Origin: Geotalea daltonii FRC-32
Lineage (GTDB): Bacteria > Desulfobacterota > Desulfuromonadia > Geobacterales > Geobacteraceae
NCBI RefSeq assembly: GCF_000022265.1
Contig: NC_011979.1
Location: 2,400,001 to 2,432,000, forward strand
DNA: 32,000 bases
Direction: 5' to 3'
Every line of letters begins with the position of its first letter. Positions within the stretch are counted from its first letter, which is position 1. Shown here in pieces: positions 20,329 to 28,506 of this stretch. Both the position numbers and the translations under genes were made by a program. Below the pieces are notes generated by a model that saw nothing but the letters and a program-made list of their open reading frames with translations, did no database searches and was not told where the DNA came from.

Positions 20329-20452
20329 GTCGGATGCGATAAAAGTCCATCTGCTGCGTTATGCTCTCCCTTCGTCGCTGCGACGTAGCGCTGCTACGCC
20401 TCACTCCTCTTGGTTCGCAAGCCTTGCATATGGAGCTTTTCTCGCATCCGAC
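20329..20452. repeat. 124-nt intergenic element bounded by 22/23-nt imperfect inverted repeats
   Basis: The left arm GTCGGATGCGATAAAAGTCCAT (20329-20350) pairs with the right arm ATGGAGCTTTTCTCGCATCCGAC (20430-20452), with one mismatch and one 1-nt bulge. Inside are two abutting 5-bp/3-nt-loop hairpins, cgtcgCTGcgacg and gtagcGCTgctac (20373-20397). Confidence 0.85.
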
Positions 20453-20499
20453 AGGTCGTCCGTCTGATTAACCTATAGCGGTTTCAAAGGAAATATTTG

Positions 20500-22062
20500 A
20501 TGAGCGTTGATATACATTCGGAAAAGATTCTCATCCTCGACTTCGGGTCCCAGTACACCCAGCTGATCGCCCGGCGGGTGCGGGAAGCCCATGTCTACTG
20601 CGAGCTCCATCCCTTCGACCTGGAGCTGGCGGCGATTCGTTCCTTTGCCCCAAGCGGCATCATCCTTTCCGGAGGTCCCAAGTCGGTTTATGAGGAGGGG
20701 GCGCCGGCTGTGGCGGAGGAGCTGTTCGAGCTGGGGGTGCCGGTGCTGGGTATCTGCTACGGCATGCAGCTCATGAGCCGCCACTTTGGCGGAGAGGTGG
20801 TGCCGGCTGGCAAGCGCGAGTTCGGCCATGCTGAGCTGTTGGCGCAGGGAACACCGGGGCCGCTGTTCGACGGGTTCTTCCTCGACGGGAAGAGTCCGGT
20901 CTGGATGAGTCATGGCGACCATGTTTCGCAAGTGCCCGAGGGGTTCCAGGTGGCGGCCGGGACCGCCAATGCGCCGGTCTGTGCCATCCAGAATCTGGCC
21001 TGCAACCTCTATGGCGTGCAGTTCCACCCCGAAGTGAACCACACCCCACGGGGAGAACAGCTGATCGATACCTTTGTCCGAAAGATCTGTGGCTGTTCCG
21101 GCAAGTGGACACCGGGCCAGATCATCGAGGATGCGGTGGCCCGCATCAAACAGCAGGTGGGCAGCGATCGGGTCATTCTCGGCCTTTCCGGCGGAGTGGA
21201 CTCGTCGGTGGCGGCCGCCCTGATCCACCGGGCAATCGGCGAACAGCTTACCTGCGTTTTTGTGGACAATGGCCTGCTCCGCCTCGGTGAAGGGGACCAG
21301 GTCATGGCAACCTTTGCCCAGAACCTGGGGGTCAAGGTGATTCGGGTGGACGCGGAGGATCGTTTCCTTTCCGCCCTGGCTGGGGTGAGCGACCCGGAAA
21401 AGAAGCGCAAGATTATCGGTGGCCTGTTCGTGGAGATCTTCGAGGAGGAGTCCAACAAGATCACTGATGCCCGCTGGCTGGCCCAGGGGACCATCTATCC
21501 GGACGTGATCGAGTCGGCCGGCGCCAAGACCGGCAAGGCCCATAACATCAAGAGCCATCACAATGTGGGGGGCCTGCCCGAGCACATGAAGCTGAAGCTC
21601 TTGGAGCCCCTCCGTGAACTGTTCAAGGACGAAGTGCGGGCAATCGGAGAAGAGCTGGGACTGCCGCACCAGATGGTCTGGCGCCATCCGTTTCCGGGGC
21701 CGGGCCTGGGGGTGAGGATTCTGGGCGAGGTGCGGAAGGATTATGCCGACATCTTGCGGCAAGCGGACGCCATCTACATAGAGGAGCTCTACGCCGCCGA
21801 CCACTATCACAAGATCAGCCAGGCCTTTGCCGTCTTCCTGCCGGTGAAGAGCGTCGGCGTCATGGGGGACGGCCGTACCTACGAATACGTGGTGGCCCTG
21901 CGCGCCGTCGAGACCAAGGATTTCATGACCGCCGGCTGGTACCCGCTTCCCTACGAGGATCTGGCCCGCATCAGCAGCCGAATCATCAATGAGGTGAAGG
22001 GCATAAACCGGGTGGTCTACGATATCAGTTCCAAGCCACCGGCAACCATCGAGTGGGAATGA
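20500..22062 (+). CDS. guaA: GMP synthase (glutamine-hydrolysing)
   Basis: GATase motif (LGICYGMQL), PP-loop ([10 protein letters not shown]) and the C-terminal dimerisation domain ending PPATIEWE. The ATG at 20500 is more likely than the TTG at 20497. Confidence 0.98.
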   Translation: MSVDIHSEKILILDFGSQYTQLIARRVREAHVYCELHPFDLELAAIRSFAPSGIILSGGPKSVYEEGAPAVAEELFELGVPVLGICYGMQLMSRHFGGEVVPAGKREFGHAELLAQGTPGPLFDGFFLDGKSPVWMSHGDHVSQVPEGFQVAAGTANAPVCAIQNLACNLYGVQFHPEVNHTPRGEQLIDTFVRKICGCSGKWTPGQIIEDAVARIKQQVGSDRVILGLSGGVDSSVAAALIHRAIGEQLTCVFVDNGLLRLGEGDQVMATFAQNLGVKVIRVDAEDRFLSALAGVSDPEKKRKIIGGLFVEIFEEESNKITDARWLAQGTIYPDVIESAGAKTGKAHNIKSHHNVGGLPEHMKLKLLEPLRELFKDEVRAIGEELGLPHQMVWRHPFPGPGLGVRILGEVRKDYADILRQADAIYIEELYAADHYHKISQAFAVFLPVKSVGVMGDGRTYEYVVALRAVETKDFMTAGWYPLPYEDLARISSRIINEVKGINRVVYDISSKPPATIEWE

Positions 22063-22065
22063 CGG

Positions 22066-22090
22066 AAGGGCGCCTCGTGCGCCCTTTTTC
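22066..22090 (+). terminator. Rho-independent terminator after guaA
   Basis: GGGCGC-ctcgt-GCGCCC followed by TTTTT, 4 nt after the stop. The HAD gene starts only 17 nt downstream, so read-through is possible. Confidence 0.6.
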
Positions 22091-22106
22091 GTGAAATGGG
22101 ACATAC

Positions 22107-22745
22107 ATGAAAAAGCTCATCATTTTTGATCTTGACGGCACTCTCTGCGATTCCCTGGAAGATCTCACCGATGCGGTCAACCACATGCGCAACGACTTCG
22201 GCTTGAAGGCGCTGACAGCCGACCAGGTGCGGCAGCTGGTTGGGGAGGGTGCGGCGAATCTTGTCAAAGGGGCTTTGCCCGGCAAGTCGCCGGCCGAGTT
22301 GCGCCGGGGCCTGGATACCTTCATTGCCTACAACACCGCCCACATTGCCGACAAGACGACACTCTATCCCGGTGTCCGCGAGACTCTCTCTATCTTGCAG
22401 GAGCAGGGGCGGCAGATGGCTGTGGTGTCAAATAAGGCTGAAAGTTTGTGCCGAAGGCTCCTGACAGCACTCCAGCTGGATCATTACTTCATCGACATTG
22501 TCGGGGGAGACACGCTTCCCTTTCGCAAGCCGTACCCCGACCCGTTGTTGAAGGTCATCAACGGTGCCGGCATTCCGGTCGGGGAGACGGTCATGGTCGG
22601 GGACAGTATCCATGACCTGAAAGCCGGAAAGGCGGCTGCCGTAACCACCATCGCCTGCCTCTATGGCTATGGGAACGATAGTGAGATCAGGTCCGCCGAT
22701 ATGTTCATCGATTCCTTTTCCCGGTTGCTGGAGCTGCCGATCTGA
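22107..22745 (+). CDS. HAD-superfamily hydrolase (phosphoglycolate phosphatase-like)
   Basis: 212 aa. Motif I is IIFDLDGTL, followed by SNK and GDSIHD motifs typical of Gph-like HAD phosphatases. Confidence 0.8.
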   Translation: MKKLIIFDLDGTLCDSLEDLTDAVNHMRNDFGLKALTADQVRQLVGEGAANLVKGALPGKSPAELRRGLDTFIAYNTAHIADKTTLYPGVRETLSILQEQGRQMAVVSNKAESLCRRLLTALQLDHYFIDIVGGDTLPFRKPYPDPLLKVINGAGIPVGETVMVGDSIHDLKAGKAAAVTTIACLYGYGNDSEIRSADMFIDSFSRLLELPI

Positions 22746-22765
22746 TTTTCAGTTCAATATTTTTC

Positions 22766-22792
22766 TAAAGTTTTATCAAATGGTGCCGAAAA
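22766..22792 (+). promoter_or_regulatory. Sigma-28 (FliA)-type promoter upstream of flgM
   Basis: TAAAGTTT-tatcaaatggt-GCCGAAAA compared with the enterobacterial consensus TAAAGTTT-N11-GCCGATAA matches 15 of 16 positions with the exact 11-nt spacer. It lies 37 nt upstream of the flgM ATG. Confidence 0.7.
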
Positions 22793-22828
22793 GGACAAGA
22801 ACAGCACTATAAACGGAGGTAATGGTTC

Positions 22829-23143
22829 ATGAAAATCGAAGATAACAGCCCATCTACTGTGGTTGATCTTCTCAAGCATCAGAAGGTTGAGCAGAACCCA
22901 TCAGGTGTCAATGGGGGGAAAGGCGCCGAGGCTGCTGCCAAAACTGACAAGGGTGGTGATAAGGTCGACATAAGCGTTGGGGCAGAGCGTGTCAACAAGA
23001 CCAGCATCTCACTGAAAGGCCCTGAAAACTTCCGTGCCGACAAGGTGGCAGAGATACAATCAAAGATCGATGCGGGTACCTACCAGGTGAGTGGCCGCGA
23101 TGTGGCTGAGAAACTGATTGCTGCCCTGTCGAAGACAAAATGA
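22829..23143 (+). CDS. flgM: Anti-sigma-28 factor FlgM
   Basis: 104 aa. The N-terminus is disordered and Gly/Lys-rich. The C-terminus (RADKVAEIQSKIDAGTYQVSGRDVAEKLIAAL) fits the FlgM family signature. A sigma-28 promoter lies immediately upstream. Confidence 0.75.
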   Translation: MKIEDNSPSTVVDLLKHQKVEQNPSGVNGGKGAEAAAKTDKGGDKVDISVGAERVNKTSISLKGPENFRADKVAEIQSKIDAGTYQVSGRDVAEKLIAALSKTK

Positions 23144-23165
23144 TTTTTGCAAGAATAGATTCAAG

Positions 23166-23193
23166 GAAAGCCCGCGCATAGCGGGCTTTTTTA
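23166..23193 (+). terminator. Rho-independent terminator after flgM
   Basis: AAAGCCCGC-gcata-GCGGGCTTT followed by TTTATT. Confidence 0.75.
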
Positions 23194-23279
23194 TTGCCGG
23201 GAAAGAGCCGAATAAATTGGAGCCTGTGATTTTGGCCAATAGGAGGGCAGAAGCAGAGGCCTTTTTCAGCAAAAACCTG

Positions 23280-23308
23280 TTGACAAAAGAGAAGCCCATA
23301 GGCTAAAT
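23280..23308 (+). promoter_or_regulatory. Sigma-70 promoter of tRNA-Gly
   Basis: TTGACA (23280-23285), a 17-nt spacer, then CTAAAT (or TAAATA), 14 nt upstream of the mature tRNA 5' end. Confidence 0.55.
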
Positions 23309-23322
23309 ATAACTTTCGTTTT

Positions 23323-23397
<75 letters not shown>

Positions 23398-23407
23398 AAG
23401 AAAACTA

Positions 23408-23440
23408 AAAGGGCTGATCTCCACGATCAGCCCTTTTTTG
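23408..23440. terminator. Bidirectional terminator between tRNA-Gly and the convergent merR-family gene
   Basis: AAAAGGGCTGATC-tccac-GATCAGCCCTTTTTT. It has A and T runs on both sides. Confidence 0.75.
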
Positions 23441-23476
23441 TGCCTCTGCCATGCCTTTGGCTACAGTGTGTGATGG

Positions 23477-23887
23477 TTACCCGTTCTGACTGCTTAGCCT
23501 GAACCGTTCAATTATCTTTAGCCGGTAATCGACGATTTCTTTTCTCAAAGAGGCAAGCTGTGCCATTTTCTCGTCAACTTTATTAATGTGCTGATCAAGA
23601 ATCTCAATCAGGCGCGGGATCATTTTGTCAGTTTGTTTCGCGTCGCCATATGCGGAATAGAGATCCTGCATTTCCCTTATGGTAAGCCCCAGCTCCTTCA
23701 ACTTCAGGATGAATTTTATTCTCCTGACGTAGTAGGGGGTAAATCCCCTGGTGGCACCATCCTGTCGCTGGACCGATTCGATTATCCCCACTTCTTCCCA
23801 ATAACGCAGGGTTCTGGTCGTCAGGCCAAATGTTTTTGCCAAGTCACCTATTGATTCTGTTTCTTCGCCTTCTTTAAGTTCGCTCAT
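23477..23887 (-). CDS. MerR-family transcriptional regulator
   Basis: 136 aa. N-terminal wHTH (IGDLAKTFGLTTRTLRYWEEVGII) followed by a coiled-coil dimerisation helix. No metal-binding Cys residues. It is divergent from an acyl-CoA dehydrogenase, an arrangement reminiscent of LiuR-type regulators. Confidence 0.88.
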   Translation of the reverse strand: MSELKEGEETESIGDLAKTFGLTTRTLRYWEEVGIIESVQRQDGATRGFTPYYVRRIKFILKLKELGLTIREMQDLYSAYGDAKQTDKMIPRLIEILDQHINKVDEKMAQLASLRKEIVDYRLKIIERFRLSSQNG

Positions 23888-23897
23888 TTATCTTACC

Positions 23898-23907
23898 TTT
23901 ACGTAAA
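23898..23907. promoter_or_regulatory. Perfect 10-bp palindrome TTTACGTAAA in the merR leader (candidate operator)
   Basis: It lies 11 nt upstream of the merR start codon. It shares the ACGTAA core with the tandem AAACGT repeats at 24016-24029. Confidence 0.4.
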
Positions 23908-24008
23908 TGCATACCTTTTAGACCATGCGTCTGAATTTGTCAACTACTGGTTGGCTGAATTGATAATAAAGATAAATTTGATATTATATAAATGTGTTTT
24001 ATTTATAG

Positions 24009-24037
24009 TTGACATAAACGTAAACGTAATATATTTT
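24009..24037 (+). promoter_or_regulatory. Candidate promoter of ACAD1 with tandem AAACGT repeats in the spacer
   Basis: TTGACA (24009-24014), a 17-nt spacer, then TATTTT (24032-24037). The spacer contains AAACGTAAACGTAA (24016-24029). MerR-type regulators characteristically bind within the -35/-10 spacer. Confidence 0.35.
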
Positions 24038-24143
24038 CGCTGCATTAGTCATCTCCCCAAGAGGTGATCTATGACGGGGGCAGGAACTTTGACTGAAAAT
24101 CGCCGCTGCCGGGGGTTGTTTCTAAGAATTTATGGAGGGCAAT

Positions 24144-25283
24144 ATGGATTTCGAGTTGAGTCAGGACCACAAAGTATTGCAGAGCGCTGTTCGTGACTTC
24201 GTCGAGAAAGAGATAAAGCCGATCGCCATGCAGATCGACGAGGAGCACATGATTCCTGAAAGCCTGGTCAGGAAGATGGGGGTGATGGGTTTTCTCGGCA
24301 GCTATCTTCCCGATGAGTACGGCGGCGCCGGCCTTGACATGCTGTCCTACTCCATCCTCGTGGAAGAGGTGTCGAAGGCCTGCGGCTCCAGCGGTGTTCT
24401 CATCTCGGCTCATACTTCTCTTGCCTGCGGCCCGATTTTTACCTTTGGTACTGAGGAGCAGAAGAAGAAATGGCTGCCGGCCTTGAATATGGGGCAGGTC
24501 ATTGGCTGTTTCCTTCTGACCGAGCCTGATGCGGGAAGCGATGCAGGCGCTATTGCCACTACCTATAAGCATGACGGGGACGACTTCGTCATCAACGGCT
24601 CAAAAATATTCATTACCAACGGGGGATACAAAGGAACCGGCGTTCTTTTTGCTACCTCGGACAAAAGCCTCAAGCACAAGGGCGTATCTGCCTTTATCAT
24701 CGATCTCCAGTCCCCAGGGGTCGAGATCCTCAAGAATGAGAAGAAGCTTGGTATCCGCGGCAGCTATACAACTGCTTTCGCTCTGGATAATGTGCGAATA
24801 CCGGCGGCGAACCTGCTCGGCCAGGAAGGGGAGGGGTTCAAGATAGCCATGGATACCCTGAATGGGGGCCGCATCGGCATTGCCTCCCAGGCACTGGGCA
24901 TTGCTGAGGGCGCCTTCGAACGGGCACTTGCCTACTCCAAGGAGCGCAAGCAGTTTGGGGCTCCCATTTCTGATCTGCAGGCAATCCAGTTCAAGCTGGC
25001 CGACATGTATGCCCGGATCGAGACGAGTAAACTGATGACTTACAAGGCTGCCTGTCTCAAAGACAAGAAGAAGAACTACACAATGGAATCTGCCATGTGC
25101 AAGATGCTCGCTTCCGAGGCAGCCACGTACGTCACCAAGGAGGCGATCCAGATCCACGGCGGCTATGGTTTCATCGTTGATTATGAGGTGGAACGGATGT
25201 ACAGGGATGCCAAGATCACCGAGATTTACGAGGGGACAAATGAGGTGCAGAGAGTGGTGATCTCAAAATTACTGCTTTCTTAG
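24144..25283 (+). CDS. Acyl-CoA dehydrogenase, short/medium-chain (butyryl-CoA dehydrogenase-like), called ACAD1 here
   Basis: 379 aa counted from the ATG at 24144, which lies 5 nt after GGAGG (the track start is 24132). Starts MDFELSQDH, with LTEPDAGSD and FITNG motifs and the catalytic-base motif ITEIYEGTNEVQR. Confidence 0.93.
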   Translation: MDFELSQDHKVLQSAVRDFVEKEIKPIAMQIDEEHMIPESLVRKMGVMGFLGSYLPDEYGGAGLDMLSYSILVEEVSKACGSSGVLISAHTSLACGPIFTFGTEEQKKKWLPALNMGQVIGCFLLTEPDAGSDAGAIATTYKHDGDDFVINGSKIFITNGGYKGTGVLFATSDKSLKHKGVSAFIIDLQSPGVEILKNEKKLGIRGSYTTAFALDNVRIPAANLLGQEGEGFKIAMDTLNGGRIGIASQALGIAEGAFERALAYSKERKQFGAPISDLQAIQFKLADMYARIETSKLMTYKAACLKDKKKNYTMESAMCKMLASEAATYVTKEAIQIHGGYGFIVDYEVERMYRDAKITEIYEGTNEVQRVVISKLLLS

Positions 25284-25372
25284 GGGGAACTTCCATAGGT
25301 GCGTAAGTGGGGACTCTGGCGGCCCACATATCTCCAATTTCATCGATTGGTCCGACTCCGGAATCTGCCGAT

Positions 25373-26068
25373 TCAGAACCAGCAGTTTCCGTCTATGCCG
25401 GCAATAATCTCTCCCGGCGAGCGTTCGACCGTAAGCTTCCTGGCAGGAACATCCAGGTAATAGGTGAGATAATATGCAAGCCTTGCGTTGCTCAAGATAG
25501 ATTCTTTGAAAACGACGATATTACTTCCCTCACATCGCGCAGATCTTGCCAGAAGGCCCGGGTGTCCCTCTTTCTGCAATCTCTTGCCAATCTGCCGGGT
25601 AAAAGCATAGTCATTGGCCAGCAGTTGCGGGTATTCTTCACATTTGCCGGTTAAGTCACACAGTACGGCGTTACACGATACCCAATATACCGCCCTTTCC
25701 CGAATAACCACCCCATCCTGACCCTCGATGGCCAGCTCCGTTTTCAACATGTGGTAAGCTGTTTCGTAAATGGTCGTTTCACTCTCCAGTGCCCCGTACC
25801 ACGTGCCATAAGTACCATCTCCGAAGCGGGAGTGCATGAATGGCTGTGTTTCGAAAGGATATCCGATCGCCGTCGAATAGGAAAACCCGCGGTTGATGAA
25901 TCCGGCAGGCAATGTTTTTTTAACATGAGCCTCAACATGAGCGGCTATGGCCGATAGCTCAGCATCTCCACCCGTCAGGTCGTCAAACAGGTCCTGGGAT
26001 TCCCGCAGAGAGACAATGTTTCTGAATATGTCCTGGGCGATTTCACGGGCCACATCAAATAGCGGCAT
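25373..26068 (-). CDS. RES-domain toxin
   Basis: 231 aa. The R/E/S signature is in HSRFGDGTYGTWYGALESETTIYE and LLARSARCEGSNIVVF. The start overlaps the antitoxin stop (ATGTAATG on the minus strand). Confidence 0.85.
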   Translation of the reverse strand: MPLFDVAREIAQDIFRNIVSLRESQDLFDDLTGGDAELSAIAAHVEAHVKKTLPAGFINRGFSYSTAIGYPFETQPFMHSRFGDGTYGTWYGALESETTIYETAYHMLKTELAIEGQDGVVIRERAVYWVSCNAVLCDLTGKCEEYPQLLANDYAFTRQIGKRLQKEGHPGLLARSARCEGSNIVVFKESILSNARLAYYLTYYLDVPARKLTVERSPGEIIAGIDGNCWF

Positions 26069-26475
26069 TACATTCCCCTGACAAGATCGAGATATCGGGA
26101 TACCTTTGCAATACCTATGATTCCTTCATCGAGCATTAGATCGAGAGGCTTCATGTTGTTGAATGCCAGGTTACGCCGTGTCACCCAGGAATACCGCAGT
26201 TCCTCATTTTGCGGGTATAGAAGGCGCAAGGCCTTGTGAATCGCCAATAACCATCCCACTCGATCCTGCACATCCCGTGAAGGAGGCAATGGCTCCCCCC
26301 TGCGGTATTTGGACAGTAATGACCTGCTTGTTTCGCTCAACCCCAAGAGGTTTAGCTGGTCGGATGTTGAGATGTCCCAGAGATCGAACAGCCGGGTGAT
26401 TAGCTTGGCCATCTTTCCCCTTGCTTCAGGAACCGATAAATCAACCCTATGGTTGTCCAGCGCAGCTTGTGGCAT
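26068..26475 (-). CDS. Xre/MbcA/ParS-type antitoxin (DUF2384 C-terminal toxin-binding domain)
   Basis: C-terminus is WVTRRNLAFNNMKPLDLMLDEGIIGIAKVSRYLDLV. I place the start at the ATG at 26475, preceded by GGGGGA. The track TTG start at 26511 falls inside the promoter/operator. Confidence 0.8.
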   Translation of the reverse strand: MPQAALDNHRVDLSVPEARGKMAKLITRLFDLWDISTSDQLNLLGLSETSRSLLSKYRRGEPLPPSRDVQDRVGWLLAIHKALRLLYPQNEELRYSWVTRRNLAFNNMKPLDLMLDEGIIGIAKVSRYLDLVRGM

Positions 26476-26500
26476 GCCGTCCCCCTTCGTCTTTTGTTTA

Positions 26501-26529
26501 AGTATAAACAAAATTTATTTATACTTCAA
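26501..26529 (-). promoter_or_regulatory. Toxin-antitoxin promoter with overlapping inverted-repeat operator
   Basis: The minus strand reads TTGAAG (26529-26524), a 17-nt spacer, then TATACT (26506-26501). A perfect 9-bp inverted repeat AAGTATAAA-N9-TTTATACTT (26500-26508 / 26518-26526) covers both hexamers. Confidence 0.65.
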
Positions 26530-26664
26530 CAAAAAGAGACGACTGCAAATTTCCATTACCCATGTGCAAGTAAAGACATCAATAAAATTGGATGAATTGC
26601 CGGATGGTCAAAAAAAGAGGGGGCCGGCGTTTAAGAGAGGATTCGTGGTTAAAAGTCTCAGGTC

Positions 26665-28311
26665 TCAGTCCATCCCCAGGCGGTTCATTTTTTTATAGAG
26701 AGCGGTGCGATGAATTCCGAGCATGCGGGCGGCGAGGGCTCGATTACCCCCGGCAGCCTGCAGGGCAGATTCAATCGCGATACGTTCAGCTTTATACAGC
26801 TGCTCTTCAAGCGTGCCAGAGACTGCTGCATTAAGCCCTTTGTGGAGGGTTGGCGGTAAATGGTGCGGCTCGATGGTCAATCCTTGAGCTTTCCAGACCA
26901 TCTGGCGCATGAGGCTGCGCAACTCCCGCACATTGCCCGGCCAGTTGTGGGACATGAGCGCGTCGGTTGCTGCCGGGGAGAGCTTCGGCGTGGGGAGACG
27001 CTCGCGGCGGGATATTTCCGCGAGAAAGTGCCTGGCTAGAAAGGGGATATCTTCGGGGCGTGACCGCAGGGGCGGGAGCTCAATGGGAAATTCGTTGATG
27101 CGGTAGTAGAGATCGCTACGGAACTTGCCGTTATTGACGTTGGTGCCCAGATCGCGGTTGGTGGCGGCTACCAGGCGGAAATCCACAGGTATCGGCGCCG
27201 TGCCCCCCAGACGGTCGATCTTGCGGTCTTCGAGCACCCGCAAAAGTTTGGCCTGGCTGTCCAGGGGGAGTTCTCCCACCTCGTCGAGGAAAAGGGTGCC
27301 GCCGTTAGCCAGTTCGAATTTCCCCGGTTTTCCTCTCTTCTTTGCCCCGCTGAAAGCCCCCTCCTCGTAACCGAACAGCTCCGATTCTATCAGGTCGCGG
27401 GGGATGGCGCCGCAGTTGATGGCAATGAAGGGGCCTTTCCTTCTGGCTGAACCTTCATGAAGTGCCTGGGCAAACAGCTCCTTGCCGGTGCCGCTCTCTC
27501 CCAGAATCAGCACCGTGGCGGAGGAATCGGCAATGCGGCGCGCCTGGTCCATCAGGGCCAGCATGGCCGGATTTTTCGTGAGGATGTTGTCGAAAGAGCA
27601 GCGGTGTCTGCGCATCTCATCCAACAGGGTCTCATAGCGTTCCACCTGCAGCTCCATGGCCCGCACCCGCCCGGCCAGTTCTTCAACCTGTTCGGTGCTT
27701 TTGAAGAGGATTCTGCCGAAGGCGCCGATCACCCGATTTTCGCGCCTGATGGGAAGGTTCACCGTCACCTTGGTCTGGCCGCGCAGATCCACCACCTGGG
27801 CCCGTTCGGGCACACCGGTGCGAGCCACGTCAGACAGGTGGCTTTTGGGAGCGATATCCGTGAGATCCAGCCCCATCCCGCTGCCGCTTTTGAGCCCCAG
27901 CCAGCGTTCATTGGATGAGCTGAGCAGCGTCACCTTCCCTGCAGTATCGACTACCGTCAGCCCCTCATAGGGGTTATCCAGCACCAGCCGGACCATTTCC
28001 TCGTTCAGGGTCGATTTGCCGTAGGGTCCAAGAATCTGGTCTGCAGCATGTACCGGTCGGATGACCAGCACCTCGACCTGTTTATTGCCCTCGGCCTGGA
28101 CGAACCATTCTTTTCCGAAAAATATCCATTCCCCCTGTTTCAGCTCGCCCAGTTCCCGGGGAAGTGGGGCACCCTCCCTGATATCCAGATCTGCAGTGTC
28201 GAAGAAATCTTTGTTCAGAGCGGCAACGTGCCCGTCTTTAGCCAAAAGGATAATGCCGCATCGGCAGTAGGCTGCCTTTCGGAGCAGTGTATGGGTGGAA
28301 ACTGTATCCAT
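26665..28311 (-). CDS. Sigma-54-dependent transcriptional activator (N-terminal sensor + PAS + AAA+ + Fis-type HTH)
   Basis: 548 aa. Walker A (GESGTGKE), a GAFTGA-type loop (EGAFSGA), Walker B (GTLFLDEVGE) and a C-terminal HTH (NRALAARMLGIHRTALYKKMNRLG). I do not recognise the first 90 aa or so. Confidence 0.93.
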   Translation of the reverse strand: MDTVSTHTLLRKAAYCRCGIILLAKDGHVAALNKDFFDTADLDIREGAPLPRELGELKQGEWIFFGKEWFVQAEGNKQVEVLVIRPVHAADQILGPYGKSTLNEEMVRLVLDNPYEGLTVVDTAGKVTLLSSSNERWLGLKSGSGMGLDLTDIAPKSHLSDVARTGVPERAQVVDLRGQTKVTVNLPIRRENRVIGAFGRILFKSTEQVEELAGRVRAMELQVERYETLLDEMRRHRCSFDNILTKNPAMLALMDQARRIADSSATVLILGESGTGKELFAQALHEGSARRKGPFIAINCGAIPRDLIESELFGYEEGAFSGAKKRGKPGKFELANGGTLFLDEVGELPLDSQAKLLRVLEDRKIDRLGGTAPIPVDFRLVAATNRDLGTNVNNGKFRSDLYYRINEFPIELPPLRSRPEDIPFLARHFLAEISRRERLPTPKLSPAATDALMSHNWPGNVRELRSLMRQMVWKAQGLTIEPHHLPPTLHKGLNAAVSGTLEEQLYKAERIAIESALQAAGGNRALAARMLGIHRTALYKKMNRLGMD

Positions 28312-28420
28312 AGATCAACATGTCTCCTTTCAGATACACCTCGCGCAGGAGTGGGTGGTGGCGTGGCGAGGTGGGGCTGTATACGTTTGTCTACATGTTT
28401 ATATTTATAGCACATGGTGT

Positions 28421-28432
28421 TATACATGTATA
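28421..28432. promoter_or_regulatory. Perfect 12-bp palindrome TATACATGTATA (candidate enhancer/UAS for the EBP)
   Basis: It lies about 60-70 bp upstream of the -24 element. A second ACATGT core at 28393-28398 is 31 bp away, roughly three helical turns. Confidence 0.35.
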
Positions 28433-28490
28433 TGACAAAATAGCATATTTATTTCAATATGTTATGCAATTATATTTTACGGGATCTGAT

Positions 28491-28506
28491 TGGCACATAC
28501 TGTGTA
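28491..28506 (+). promoter_or_regulatory. Candidate sigma-54 (-24/-12) promoter of the ACAD2 operon
   Basis: TGGCAC-atact-GTGTA compared with the consensus TGGCAC-N5-TTGCA/T. The -24 element is perfect and the spacing correct, but the -12 keeps only the G of GC. It lies 45 nt upstream of the ATG at 28551 and is divergent from a sigma-54 EBP. Confidence 0.4.

Noticed and set aside
20361-20471. 36-codon ORF (MLSLRRCDVALLRLTPLGSQALHMELFSHPTGRPSD) in the guaB-guaA spacer
   Set aside because: It has no Shine-Dalgarno and lies entirely within the palindromic element. It reads like translated repeat DNA, so I report it as an RNA/DNA structure instead.
20473-22104. 543-aa minus-strand ORF, longer than guaA itself
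   Set aside because: It is exactly antisense to guaA, whose GC-rich third positions suppress stop codons on the opposite strand. It has no motifs, whereas guaA has the GATase and PP-loop signatures.
26476-26511. TTG start of the antitoxin ORF in the track
   Set aside because: This codon lies inside the inverted-repeat operator and -10 region. The ATG at 26475 has a G-rich RBS and leaves a sensible 5' UTR of about 20 nt.
26309-26698. 129-aa plus-strand ORF spanning the TA promoter region
   Set aside because: It is antisense to the antitoxin 5' end and runs through the AT-rich promoter/operator. It has no RBS or domain signature.
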